A stretch of DNA of 64,000 nt from Candidatus Latescibacterota bacterium (GTDB lineage Bacteria > Latescibacterota > CBDEFO01): contig OZ252149.1 in assembly GCA_965248755.1 (NCBI GenBank), forward strand, positions 3,616,001 to 3,680,000, given 5' to 3'. Both the position numbers and the translations under genes were made by a program. Within the stretch, counting starts at the first letter, position 1. Every line of letters starts with the position of its first letter. Shown one piece after another: positions 1-9,065 of this stretch. The notes under the pieces are model-generated. The model was given only the letters and a program-made list of their open reading frames with translations, was not told where the DNA came from and ran no database searches.

Positions 1-228
1 ATTTTATCCGGACAAGAAAGACTGGAAGGAAATCGTTTGGTCTGTGGCGGGACAAGTCGTGGATCAAGCGCTGGCCGGTATTTGGTCCAGTCAACTGGAT
101 TCACAGCAGGCGCCGCCTGAACAGACGCTGCATTTGAGCCGGCCTACGTCGGGCATCCTCCGGTGTCAGTAGACAGCGAAGAGAGGAAGTGTCCCTACCA
201 TATGTCTACTATCTACTTTTAGAAAGCC

Positions 229-3200
229 ATGAACAGAAACTATATCCCATTCACATTGTCATTCGTTTTACTGTTTGGATTCATAAAATGCGGTGACGTA
301 GAAAAAAAGGCAAAACAAGTTCAACGCTTTCCCGAGGAGGCTTACCGCCACAATAACTTCGGCATCGCATATCTTGAGCAGTACAACTACTCCGACGCCG
401 CCTCCGAATTTGCTAAATCCCTCTCTATCGCCCCCAAATATCCAGATGCGCAGATAAATCTCGGCATAGCAAAGTTTAATATGGGCAAGTACGATCTGGC
501 GCTCTTAGAACTTGAAAAGGCTCTCCTGCTTTCTCCCGACCATCCGAACATCTACTATGTGATCGGCCTAATATACAAAGCACACGCAGACTATCAAGGT
601 GCCGCCGGCAACTTCGAAAAGGTTGTCAAACACGATCCATTTGACCCTTTTGCGCACTACAATCTGGGTATTTGCCTTTCAAGGCTTGGAGAGATTGAAA
701 GGGCTGTGGAGGAGCTTGAAAAGGTAACTTCACTGGATCCCAACAATTCATCGGCTCACTACAACCTGGCCATGGAATTCAGACGCTTAAATAAAACGGA
801 AGACTTCAAAAGGGAGATGGAGATATTCACAGGTCTCCGAAAGAAGGGGATAGCAACTTCGGTGGGATTGGGATATTTAGAGCAGGGCAGATATGCAGAA
901 GCCGTGAGTCGGACAGAGACAGTATCTGAAGAGCTAGAGGATTCGTCTGTAGAGATCAGATTCACAGATGTCACATATATAAGTGGGCAGGAAAGTGGGG
1001 TCGAGCTAATCTCGCCCAGGAGAAAGGGGGAAGATGTCCTGGCTACTGGAATTAGAGGCTCATTCGGAGACTACGATAACGACGGGGCTTTGGACATCTT
1101 CATCTTCGGGAGACTCTACAGAAACAAAGCGGACGGGCAATTTGAAGATGTGACAGAAGAGGCCGGATTGAAGGACACCGAGTCCATCTCAACGGGCATC
1201 TTCGGGGACTACGATAACGATGAAGATCAGGATTTACTTGTGGTCAGTAGCGGTGCAGTTATCCTGTACAAGAATGACGGAGACGGGCAATTTGAAGATG
1301 TCACACAAAGCGCCAATTTACGTAGGCTGCAGGGGAGCGATGCCCTGATCCCCGACCCCCGACCTCATCGGGGACATGTCTTTGCTGACTACGACCACGA
1401 CGGCGACCTGGACATCTACGTCGTCAATGCAGACGGGAAAAATGCACTCTACAGGAACAACGCTAACGGGAGATTTACCGATGTGACCGATGAGGCTAAA
1501 GTGCCGGGAGGAAAGTGGAGCACAGACTGCGTCTTCTTGGATTACGACAACGACAGAGATGTGGACTTTTGTGTGGCCTCCTACGATGGATCCGTAAACC
1601 TCTACAGCAACGACAGAGGGGGGACCTTCACGGACGTTGCCAAAGAGTCAGAACTTTCCGAAGTAAGGAAAATACTCGACATATCGGCAGGGGACTATGA
1701 CAAGGACGGATACATAGACCTCCTTTTCACTTTAGAAAAGGGTGCAAGTCTCTATAGGCGCAGTCAAGAGAGCAAAAGGCTCTTCGTCCTCGACCCGGTC
1801 TCACACACGCTTTCTGCAGACGCGGAACCTGGATCGGCTTATAAGCTTCTGGATGTGGACAACGATGGCGATCTGGACATAGTGTCCCTCTCGTCCCAGG
1901 GTGTGCGGCTCTTTAAGAACCAATGGGGATCCAGGAAGACATCCCGCGATTGTGGCTTTGCCGACCCTGTCCCCATCTCTGATAATATAGCGCCCGCTGT
2001 CAGCTATCAGATATCATCGGCGGATTTTGACAACGACGGGGATATAGACCTATTAGTCTCCTATGCAGATACTACAAAGGCGGGTGCACTCCTCCTTCGC
2101 AACGACGGCGGGGAGAAAAACGGCTATCTCAAAGTTCATTTGAAAGGCCTGAACAGCAACAAAGACGGCATAGGCGCAAAGGTGGAGATAAAAGCGGGGG
2201 GGCTGTCGCAAAAGCTCGAACTCAGAGGGGATCGGAACGGTCGTACAGTCCACTTCGGCATCGGGAGTAGAAAGAAAATAGACTTTGTAAGGATCCTCTG
2301 GCCGGGTGGAGTCAGACAGACCGAACTGGATCCGTCACCCGATTCCCTCCTCTTGTTAGAGGAATTGGACAGGAAGGGCACATCGTGTCCTATCGTCTAC
2401 GTCTGGAACGGAGCTGAGTATCAGTACATAACGGACATCCTTGGAGGAGGCATAATATCCTACCTCATCTCCCCGGGGGAGTACTACTACCCCGACACGG
2501 ACGAGTATATCAAGATCCCGGGGGAAATATTCAAACCCAAGCAAGCAGACAATGGACAGGAGAGATTGCTTCGGGGTTTTGCCCCTCGCAATGACCAAAA
2601 GGAAAAGACAACCGAACTGTCATCGCGAACCCTATCGACTGTCATTGCGAGCCAGGCGAAGCAATCTCGTGGACGGGGGACAGGCGACGGGGGACGGAAT
2701 GTAGAAAGAGGAGAATATTCCATCCAGTTTGCCAATCATTTGGAGGAGGTCATCTATCTGGACAAAGTGGAACTTCTGGCAGTTGACCATCCGCAAGGGA
2801 CTGAGGTCTATCCCAACGAGAGGCTTCTCTCGTCGCCGCCCTATCCCAGATTCAAAGTCCACGCCCTTTCCGATCCCCGCGTGCCCTTCAAGGCTTACGA
2901 TCAAGATGGAAACGACATCCTCCCTTACATCAGGCACAGAGACAGGAAATACCCCTCGAACTTTGAGCTCTTATCTCCCCAGTTTCACGGATACGCAAAA
3001 GAGCACAGTATTATCCTCGAACTGCTGCCGCCAAAAGACGAGATTGGTTCTGCTTCGCAACTCCTGACGGGGTCGGGGTTTTCACCCCTCGCAACGACTG
3101 AGGCCCGCGATGTCATTGCGAGCGAAACGAAACAATCTCGTAGACAGCAAACAGTAGGCAATCGCGCTACTGGCAAGGTCATTCTGGTCCTGTACGGTTA

Positions 3201-3972
3201 CGCGGAGTATTCCCATTCGACATCCAATCTGGCTGCGGCACAGGCTGGAATAGCTCTTCTGCCTCCTCGGCTGGAGATAATGGGAGCAGACGGAAGGTGG
3301 AAGACTATATCTGAGGATATGGGCTATCCCGCAGGAGAGCCGAAGGAGATGGTGGTAGAGATCATAGAGGATCCCCGATTGAATCTATCGGGGATAGATC
3401 GGGGGTCGGGGACCGACTATAAGATAAGGATCACCACCTCAATGCCCATCTACTGGGATCAGATCCTATTCGATATAATAGACGATCCGATACCCACAAA
3501 GGTGACGAGGCTTTCTCCCGTAGTGTCTGATCTCCACTGGAAGGGCTACGCCAGCTACTACTCCCCCGACGGACGAATGCCCAAGGTCTATGACTATTCA
3601 AAGATTAAGGGTTCTGCCCCCTGGATGGATCACACGGGCCGATACACCAGGTATGGGGATTGCCTTCCCCTTTTGACGGCGATTGATGACCAGTATGTCA
3701 TATTGTTCCACGGCGACGAGATCACGCTTAACTTCGACGCCTCCGATCTTCCACCCTTAGAAGATGGCACCGTGCGGGACTTCTTCTTCTTCGCGGACGG
3801 GTTCGGGAAGGATATGGACAATAACTCCCCCTATTCCCTCACAGTAGAGCCGCTGCCGTTTCACAGTATGAGCAGTTATCCATATCCTGAGGCTGAAAGC
3901 TACCCTTACGACGAACAGCACCTTTCCTATATCTATCAATACAATACGAGAGTAGTAAGCAGCAGAAAGTAG
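229..3972 (+). CDS. TPR + FG-GAP/VCBS repeat + ASPIC/UnbV (CRTAC1-like) exported protein, carrying in-frame repeat-element insertions
   Basis: Signal/lipoprotein-like N-terminus; TPR repeats; repeated DYDNDGDxD motifs; GIGAKV...VHFGIG...ILWPGG UnbV-ASPIC motif. Confidence 0.85.
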   Translation: MNRNYIPFTLSFVLLFGFIKCGDVEKKAKQVQRFPEEAYRHNNFGIAYLEQYNYSDAASEFAKSLSIAPKYPDAQINLGIAKFNMGKYDLALLELEKALLLSPDHPNIYYVIGLIYKAHADYQGAAGNFEKVVKHDPFDPFAHYNLGICLSRLGEIERAVEELEKVTSLDPNNSSAHYNLAMEFRRLNKTEDFKREMEIFTGLRKKGIATSVGLGYLEQGRYAEAVSRTETVSEELEDSSVEIRFTDVTYISGQESGVELISPRRKGEDVLATGIRGSFGDYDNDGALDIFIFGRLYRNKADGQFEDVTEEAGLKDTESISTGIFGDYDNDEDQDLLVVSSGAVILYKNDGDGQFEDVTQSANLRRLQGSDALIPDPRPHRGHVFADYDHDGDLDIYVVNADGKNALYRNNANGRFTDVTDEAKVPGGKWSTDCVFLDYDNDRDVDFCVASYDGSVNLYSNDRGGTFTDVAKESELSEVRKILDISAGDYDKDGYIDLLFTLEKGASLYRRSQESKRLFVLDPVSHTLSADAEPGSAYKLLDVDNDGDLDIVSLSSQGVRLFKNQWGSRKTSRDCGFADPVPISDNIAPAVSYQISSADFDNDGDIDLLVSYADTTKAGALLLRNDGGEKNGYLKVHLKGLNSNKDGIGAKVEIKAGGLSQKLELRGDRNGRTVHFGIGSRKKIDFVRILWPGGVRQTELDPSPDSLLLLEELDRKGTSCPIVYVWNGAEYQYITDILGGGIISYLISPGEYYYPDTDEYIKIPGEIFKPKQADNGQERLLRGFAPRNDQKEKTTELSSRTLSTVIASQAKQSRGRGTGDGGRNVERGEYSIQFANHLEEVIYLDKVELLAVDHPQGTEVYPNERLLSSPPYPRFKVHALSDPRVPFKAYDQDGNDILPYIRHRDRKYPSNFELLSPQFHGYAKEHSIILELLPPKDEIGSASQLLTGSGFSPLATTEARDVIASETKQSRRQQTVGNRATGKVILVLYGYAEYSHSTSNLAAAQAGIALLPPRLEIMGADGRWKTISEDMGYPAGEPKEMVVEIIEDPRLNLSGIDRGSGTDYKIRITTSMPIYWDQILFDIIDDPIPTKVTRLSPVVSDLHWKGYASYYSPDGRMPKVYDYSKIKGSAPWMDHTGRYTRYGDCLPLLTAIDDQYVILFHGDEITLNFDASDLPPLEDGTVRDFFFFADGFGKDMDNNSPYSLTVEPLPFHSMSSYPYPEAESYPYDEQHLSYIYQYNTRVVSSRK
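2562..2668. repeat. GAGATTGCTTCG...CTCGCAATGAC/GTCATTGCGAG...CGAAGCAATCTC palindromic element, in-frame within CDS
   Basis: Terminal and internal inverted repeats; related copies at 3040-3139, 4003-4103, ~14095-14150, 19816-19938, 20791-20930, 22389-22512, 59376-59489. Confidence 0.85.
3373..3393. repeat. 21-bp palindrome CCCCGATTGAATCTATCGGGG (dispersed family)
   Basis: Identical or near-identical copies at 5151, 7409, 14100, 21072, 27863, 28273, 30470, 41379, 46568, 59405. Confidence 0.9.
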
Positions 3973-4117
3973 GTGGGGAAGCGAGGCGGTATCCCTGGTG
4001 ACGAGATCACTTGGCTATCCTCGAAATGTTCAGTCGGGGATAGCAATGACTGAGGCAAAACCAACCAACGTCGTAGCAAGGGCTGAAACCCCGAGGCAAT
4101 CTCACCTGTGTATCTAT

Positions 4118-4300
4118 TCAGGCTTCCCACGGATCGTATTCTGCCTTTTTCAAAAAGCCCAAGACATTCTCTCTGGCAATAAGATACCTTTTCTCCGGTT
4201 TGTAGGCAGAGAACCTGCCAGACGCTATCAGATGCCGCACGTGCCTCTCTGAACACTTCAAAGCGCGTGCGGCTTCCTGGACCGTAAGGAGTTCTTTCAT
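4118..4300 (-). CDS. Excisionase-like helix-turn-helix protein (HTH_17)
   Basis: LLTVQEAARALKCSERHVRHLIASGRF pattern; 60 aa. Confidence 0.8.
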   Translation of the reverse strand: MKELLTVQEAARALKCSERHVRHLIASGRFSAYKPEKRYLIARENVLGFLKKAEYDPWEA

Positions 4301-4305
4301 CCGAA

Positions 4306-4788
4306 CTACGTACCGCCCTTTTCCGGGATTAGACTTTCTTCATCCCATCTCACACAGATGAATAGGGCCGCAAGACCGTCCTGCTGTTCCCATCTGTACG
4401 GAATATCGGCTTTCTCAAGCTGATGGGCCGCAAATGCTAATTCCTCCTTTGGATACCAGTCTGTCAATTGATACAGGATACGTGGAGCTCCTTTCTCCTC
4501 CGCGTCCGCGGTGAATCTCCCACTTTCAAGCAGTTTTCTTATCCCATCCAGGCCGCCCTTTCTCCTGTAAGCCGAGCCTTTACTCTGCAGTTCCTTGATA
4601 ATCTGTACAGTCTCTATGATCTCCTCTGGATAGTAAAAGCGTCTCCCCTTCTTCTCATATTTGACGGTCCCTTTAGGGATCAAGCCGGCCCTGACGTAGT
4701 TTCCCAGAGTCTGATAGTTGATCTTCGCCCTTTTGCATATTTCATCACCGCGCAGTAAGCGGTGTGGGTGCTCTGTTGCCTCATCCAT
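4306..4788 (-). CDS. MerR-like HTH DNA-binding protein
   Basis: EICKRAKINYQTLGNYVRAGLIP...RRFYYPEE MerR-type HTH. Confidence 0.7.
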   Translation of the reverse strand: MDEATEHPHRLLRGDEICKRAKINYQTLGNYVRAGLIPKGTVKYEKKGRRFYYPEEIIETVQIIKELQSKGSAYRRKGGLDGIRKLLESGRFTADAEEKGAPRILYQLTDWYPKEELAFAAHQLEKADIPYRWEQQDGLAALFICVRWDEESLIPEKGGT

Positions 4789-5058
4789 TTAGTCTACCAC
4801 CTCCTTGCCTCTTGTTGAGGCCACAGCCTGTCCAATTTCAAAGCGCATCTCGTCTGATACCTGATAATCATCATCCGAAGGAGGTACAGACTCCGGTATG
4901 ACCTCCTGCAGAAATATCATCCCCTGGGTCTCAAGCCAGATGACGCAGTACTCCTGCTGGTCGTCATCAGAAACACATCCCATATATTGTGTCCCGCATA
5001 CCTCGAAATCACTCTTTAAGTGCATTTGACTCTCCTCTCTTTGAACAGTAGATAGCAC
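4789..5058 (-). CDS. Hypothetical protein
   Basis: ORF abutting the next gene in the same-strand cluster; likely start about 5025. Confidence 0.5.
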   Translation of the reverse strand: MLSTVQREESQMHLKSDFEVCGTQYMGCVSDDDQQEYCVIWLETQGMIFLQEVIPESVPPSDDDYQVSDEMRFEIGQAVASTRGKEVVD

Positions 5059-5319
5059 GGAGCCAGATTGCTTTGCTTTGTTCGCAGTAACAGTTTTTCA
5101 CTTTGCTCCTTCCTCATTATGACGGATAATTCCCCGAAGCAATCCCCGACCCCCGAATGAATCTATCGGGGGTTCAATCGGGGACAAGCAACAGGAGACA
5201 GTGCCCCCGTCTACTCGGCGAACACGGTGGGTGTGCTCAAAGGGCGAGCGGACTTTGCCCCTACACAGAACGTTGCATCTGTGGGGGCAGACGCGCTGTC
5301 TGTCCGGGCCTTTCCGCGT

Positions 5320-6489
5320 CTACTGACCACCGTCTACCTGTAGTTTGACATCTCTTTCGAAGACTTTCCGCAGCAATTTGTCGTAATTTTCTTCGATGAA
5401 CTCAGCCATAAACAAGTTGGGGACATTCAGTGCGACCTCATCCTCAGATATCTTATCTATGTAAAGCCCTGAAAACCACGTTAGGTATGACTGATGCTTG
5501 ATTTCCTTTCTGATCAATTCCTTATAGTGGTCCCATTCGTTTTTGTGAGGGGATCGGTCAATTTGTCTTTCCCTTTCTAACTGTTCTTCCTTTAGCTTGG
5601 CTTCACGAGTTCTTTCACGTTCCTCCTCTTGAACTTTTAGTTCCTGTCTTTTGCGCTCCTGTTGATTCTTTCTTTCTCTTTCTTCTAACGCCATGCCGAT
5701 CGTGTGTTCCACCAGTCCGAAGTGTCTTGGAGAGCAGTTGTCACGCGCCCATTTTGCGGCGTATTCTACATCTCGGAGGCTGTATCCCATCTTCTGAAGC
5801 TTATTTACGGTTCCTATGCCAAGAGTCATAAAGGATTTGGATACATCATCCGGGCTGTTTTTACGGTAGAAGTGGGTGATTATTTCTCTTTTGCTTTTTT
5901 CAGGTTCATCAACAGCCTTCTTGAGACAGAGGTGGGTTCGTGCGTTGCCTCTTGAAGAATCATCAACATCATCTTTGACGTAACCGATGCATCCACAGGC
6001 TGAGTCTAAGTCATCCTCTGGGTGCCCGTGCATGATGTTGTCTGTTTCTAAGTCGTCTATTCCTAAGTCGTCTGTTATATTGTAAGGAGGGGACAGTTCT
6101 GTCACTTCTTGAGGGGACAAAGTTGTCACTTCTGGAGGGGTCACTTCTGACCTGTCTTGACCTTTTACAACAGAAATTACCGCGTTTCGACCCAGGCCTT
6201 GTTGCTTTACAGATACGAGTCCAACGTCTTTGAGCTCCTTAAGTCCTCTCTTTATAGTTCTCTCAGACCTTCTGAGGACTTCAGCTATCTTTTTGTGTCC
6301 AGCAAAACAGCTATCACCCCAGTCCCACTTTAAAATAGCAGCATACACAAGCTTTGCATTGTTGGACAGACCATCCACAGATAGGACTAAATCTATCGGC
6401 ATCTTGGAGAACTGTTCACCTCTACCATTCTTGCTGCCCCCATTTGCACGGTCACCTGCCATTATGGAAGATGTGGAGTTGAAGGTCAT
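5320..6489 (-). CDS. Phage/plasmid-type replication initiator: N-terminal HTH_36-like domain, coiled coil, C-terminal DnaA N-terminal-like domain
   Basis: LSNNAKLVY...CFAGHKKIAEVLRRSERTIKRGLKELKDVGLV; C-terminal QSYLTWFSGL...LNVPNLFMAEFIEENY; internal iteron-like repeats. Confidence 0.75.
   Translation of the reverse strand: MTFNSTSSIMAGDRANGGSKNGRGEQFSKMPIDLVLSVDGLSNNAKLVYAAILKWDWGDSCFAGHKKIAEVLRRSERTIKRGLKELKDVGLVSVKQQGLGRNAVISVVKGQDRSEVTPPEVTTLSPQEVTELSPPYNITDDLGIDDLETDNIMHGHPEDDLDSACGCIGYVKDDVDDSSRGNARTHLCLKKAVDEPEKSKREIITHFYRKNSPDDVSKSFMTLGIGTVNKLQKMGYSLRDVEYAAKWARDNCSPRHFGLVEHTIGMALEERERKNQQERKRQELKVQEEERERTREAKLKEEQLERERQIDRSPHKNEWDHYKELIRKEIKHQSYLTWFSGLYIDKISEDEVALNVPNLFMAEFIEENYDKLLRKVFERDVKLQVDGGQ
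6087..6149. repeat. Iteron-like 24-bp direct repeats within the rep gene
   Basis: GAGGGGACAGTTCTGTCACTTCTT / GAGGGGACAAAGTTGTCACTTCTG / GAGGGGTCACTTCTG. Confidence 0.65.
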
Positions 6490-6713
6490 CTTTTACTCCT
6501 TTTTTTATGTAGGGCAGGCGCTGATCTGCGCTAAACCTGGTACTGCGCATACGTACAGGTCTTCATGCTATAATGTAATGAATATTTGTTCTTCTGTCAA
6601 GTGCTAAAGGTGTAAGCGAGTGACTGTCGGTTCACGCAAGGGCAGTTCCACTGCCTCGTCAGGTCAGATCTCGGTGAGGCTTTCAGCCTCTACGTCCGAC
6701 CCGAAAAAAAGCC

Positions 6714-6742
6714 TTGACACTCTGCAAATTAGTTGGTAAACT
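6714..6742 (+). promoter_or_regulatory. Sigma70-type promoter upstream of ssb
   Basis: TTGACA-17 bp-TAAACT. Confidence 0.6.
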
Positions 6743-6859
6743 TAAGCGGTTACAAGGATAAGAATTAAGCATCGAAAAACAGGTGGCAGCGGCAAACAGG
6801 GAGGGAGAGGAAAGAGCGTCTGCTGACTGCTGTCCACTATTCTTAAGGAGTGTAGAAAG

Positions 6860-7384
6860 ATGGCACGCGGAACGGTAAACAAGGCTATACTTATAGGGCG
6901 CTTAGGCGCAGATCCAGAGTTGAGACATACCACCGGAGGGACACCGGTGGCAAATTTTAATATAGCCACAGATGAAGGTTGGACCGACGGCAGTGGTGAA
7001 AAGCAGGAAAGGACCGAGTGGCACAGCATTGTGGCGTGGAGCAGATCAGCAGAAATGTGCAGTGAGTATCTTTCTAAAGGCAGCAGGGTCTATATCGAGG
7101 GCAGGATCCAGACAAGATCGTGGGAAGGTCAGGACGGTGTCAAGAAGTATAAGACGGAAATTGTAGCTCGACACGTCGAGATGCTAGATACGCGGCAGGA
7201 GGCGGAGCGCTACAGAGAACAGGATTATAGGGAGGCACAAGCTCCATCCTCCCAGGAGGAAGGGACTCCTGAATCACAGCAAGACAAGCAAGGTTCTGAT
7301 AGACGGGAAGAGCGTGAGACCACTCCAGGCGAGACAACCGAACCGTCTGTTTCGGAAGAAGAGGACGATGACCTTCCGTTTTGA
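6860..7384 (+). CDS. ssb: Single-stranded DNA-binding protein
   Basis: [17 protein letters not shown]...TEWH; C-terminal DDDLPF. Confidence 0.97.
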   Translation: MARGTVNKAILIGRLGADPELRHTTGGTPVANFNIATDEGWTDGSGEKQERTEWHSIVAWSRSAEMCSEYLSKGSRVYIEGRIQTRSWEGQDGVKKYKTEIVARHVEMLDTRQEAERYREQDYREAQAPSSQEEGTPESQQDKQGSDRREERETTPGETTEPSVSEEEDDDLPF

Positions 7385-7531
7385 GTGAGTGAGCAGGTCC
7401 CCGAAAGTCCCCGATAGGTTCAATCGGGGATAGATTTGACTGAAGGCAGGGAAAGGCAAGGGCAGACCAGTGTGTCTGCCCTGAAAATAACTTAGAGGCG
7501 AGGTAAACTCGCCCTTAAAGACAGGGGACAG

Positions 7532-7632
7532 ACCATCCAAGAGTGGCTGTGCCACAAGGACATCAGCACCACCATGATTTACACCCATGTCCTGAGTAAA
7601 AGCGGCCACGGAGTCCAGAGCCCCGTCGATGG
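7532..7632 (+). pseudogene. intI: Integron integrase C-terminal remnant
   Basis: Translates [33 protein letters not shown], matching the IntI consensus [33 protein letters not shown]; the rest of the gene is missing. Confidence 0.85.
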
Positions 7633-7645
7633 AGGGAAAACAAAA

Positions 7646-8020
7646 ATGAGAAGGTTCATTACAGCAAGTGCTCTTTTGTGGACGATGCTTCTTTTCGTCG
7701 GATGCGGTTCTGTACAGTCGATCAGATTGCCGGAGACTGACGATATGTTAGTAACGTCTGAGGATATTGACCTGCCCTATGAACCTATTGGGATGATCAA
7801 CGCTTACAGGATAGGGTTCTATCTTTTCGGGGTTGTGGACATAAACTCGCCGGATTCTGATGAACTTCTTATGGATCTTTTGAAAAAGCAGCTTATCGCC
7901 GAGGCGCGCAAGCTCGGAGCAGATGGCATAATCACGGTCAGATATTCCCTGGATCATCCGAGCTTCTTCAATTGGGACACAGAGTCGAGGGCCACTGGAA
8001 CGGCTATAAAGTTCAAATAG
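7646..8020 (+). CDS. YbjQ/heavy-metal-binding-like lipoprotein
   Basis: Lipobox [16 protein letters not shown]...ATGTAIK; GGAGG RBS. Confidence 0.75.
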   Translation: MRRFITASALLWTMLLFVGCGSVQSIRLPETDDMLVTSEDIDLPYEPIGMINAYRIGFYLFGVVDINSPDSDELLMDLLKKQLIAEARKLGADGIITVRYSLDHPSFFNWDTESRATGTAIKFK

Positions 8021-8081
8021 TTTTCAGGAGTGGAAGAGGTAAAACGCCAGGTCCAGGCTACAGCTACGGGCTAAAAATCGG

Positions 8082-8264
8082 CTTATACAGACTGCATAAA
8101 CCCAAGCGCGCTGAGATTGCGCCAGACGATGGATTATGGAAATTCAAGGCATTAAACTCCTTAACGGCCAGAAGCTCATCAGGTTTAGACAGCAGAAAAA
8201 GTCAACTTTGGCAGGTTAAGCCTGCTGTGGCAGCGTAATGCAGACTGTATAATCATAGTTAGAT
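8082..8264 (+). other. Inverted-repeat-bounded attI-like platform
   Basis: TTATACAGACTGCATAA ... TAATGCAGACTGTATAATCATAGTTAGAT (GTTRRRY core); downstream of the intI relic. Confidence 0.5.
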
Positions 8265-8320
8265 CGTGAGGGGGTCCGTTCAAGGGTAACAGGTGGCAGC
8301 GGCAAACAGGGAGGACAGCA

Positions 8321-8749
8321 ATGAAAACAGTCAAGGATTTATTAAACGACAAGGGTTATGCTGTCTGGTCCATCGGGCCTGGTGAATCGATTTATGACGC
8401 AATAGACCTGATGGCTAACAAAGAAGTCGGCGCCCTATTGGTTGTGGAGGGTACGAAGCTGGTTGGCATAGTTTCAGAGAGAGACTATGCGCGGAAGGTC
8501 ATTCTCAAGGGACTTTCCAGTAAAGACACAGAGATCAGGGACATCATGACAACGCGCGTGGTGTATGCTCAGCTGGAGCAAACTATTGAGGAGTGTATGG
8601 CCTTAATGACCGAAAAGCGTATTCGACACCTGCCGATCCTGGATGGAGGAAAGTTAGTCGGAGTCATTTCCATAGGTGACCTTGTGAAATCCGTTATTGC
8701 TAAACAGCGATTCACAATTGCACAACTGGAACATTACATCACTGGATAG
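8321..8749 (+). CDS. CBS-pair domain protein
   Basis: LVGIVSERDYARKV...IRHLPI...GVISIGDLVK. Confidence 0.95.
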   Translation: MKTVKDLLNDKGYAVWSIGPGESIYDAIDLMANKEVGALLVVEGTKLVGIVSERDYARKVILKGLSSKDTEIRDIMTTRVVYAQLEQTIEECMALMTEKRIRHLPILDGGKLVGVISIGDLVKSVIAKQRFTIAQLEHYITG

Positions 8750-8959
8750 CCGAGCGCTCTGACACTTCCGCCGAGAGGCCCCCTGCTCACGCACATCTTG
8801 GACATAGAACCCAAGGCGCTATAGTGGAGAGACAGATTGACGCTGTGGTTCCGTTGAGACGATTACAAGAAGGACATTGGAAAAGCCAACACGCTTGGAA
8901 ATTTCAGGGTTTCGACTCCAAACGACGAGACGCTCAGGAGGTGCATAAGGAAGAAGACG

Positions 8960-9065
8960 GCCTACTTTAGCAAGGTTTATGCCTGCCACGGTAGGTTGAC
9001 GCCTGCTGTGCACGTTAATGCCTGCTGTGGCAGGTTAATGCAGACTCTGTAATCATAAGTTATGC
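8960..9065 (+). repeat. Four ~20-bp tandem units followed by a second attI-like core (GTTATGC)
   Basis: Units such as GCCTGCTGTGGCAGGTTAAT; GCAGACTCTGTAATCATAAGTTATGC resembles 8240-8264. Confidence 0.55.

Noticed and set aside
1..172. Open frame at the window start with a faint attC-like stretch near 115-140
   Set aside because: Too short and degenerate to assign.
8960..9045. ~20-bp repeats as a CRISPR array
   Set aside because: Units are directly tandem with no unique spacers, and there are no cas genes in the window.
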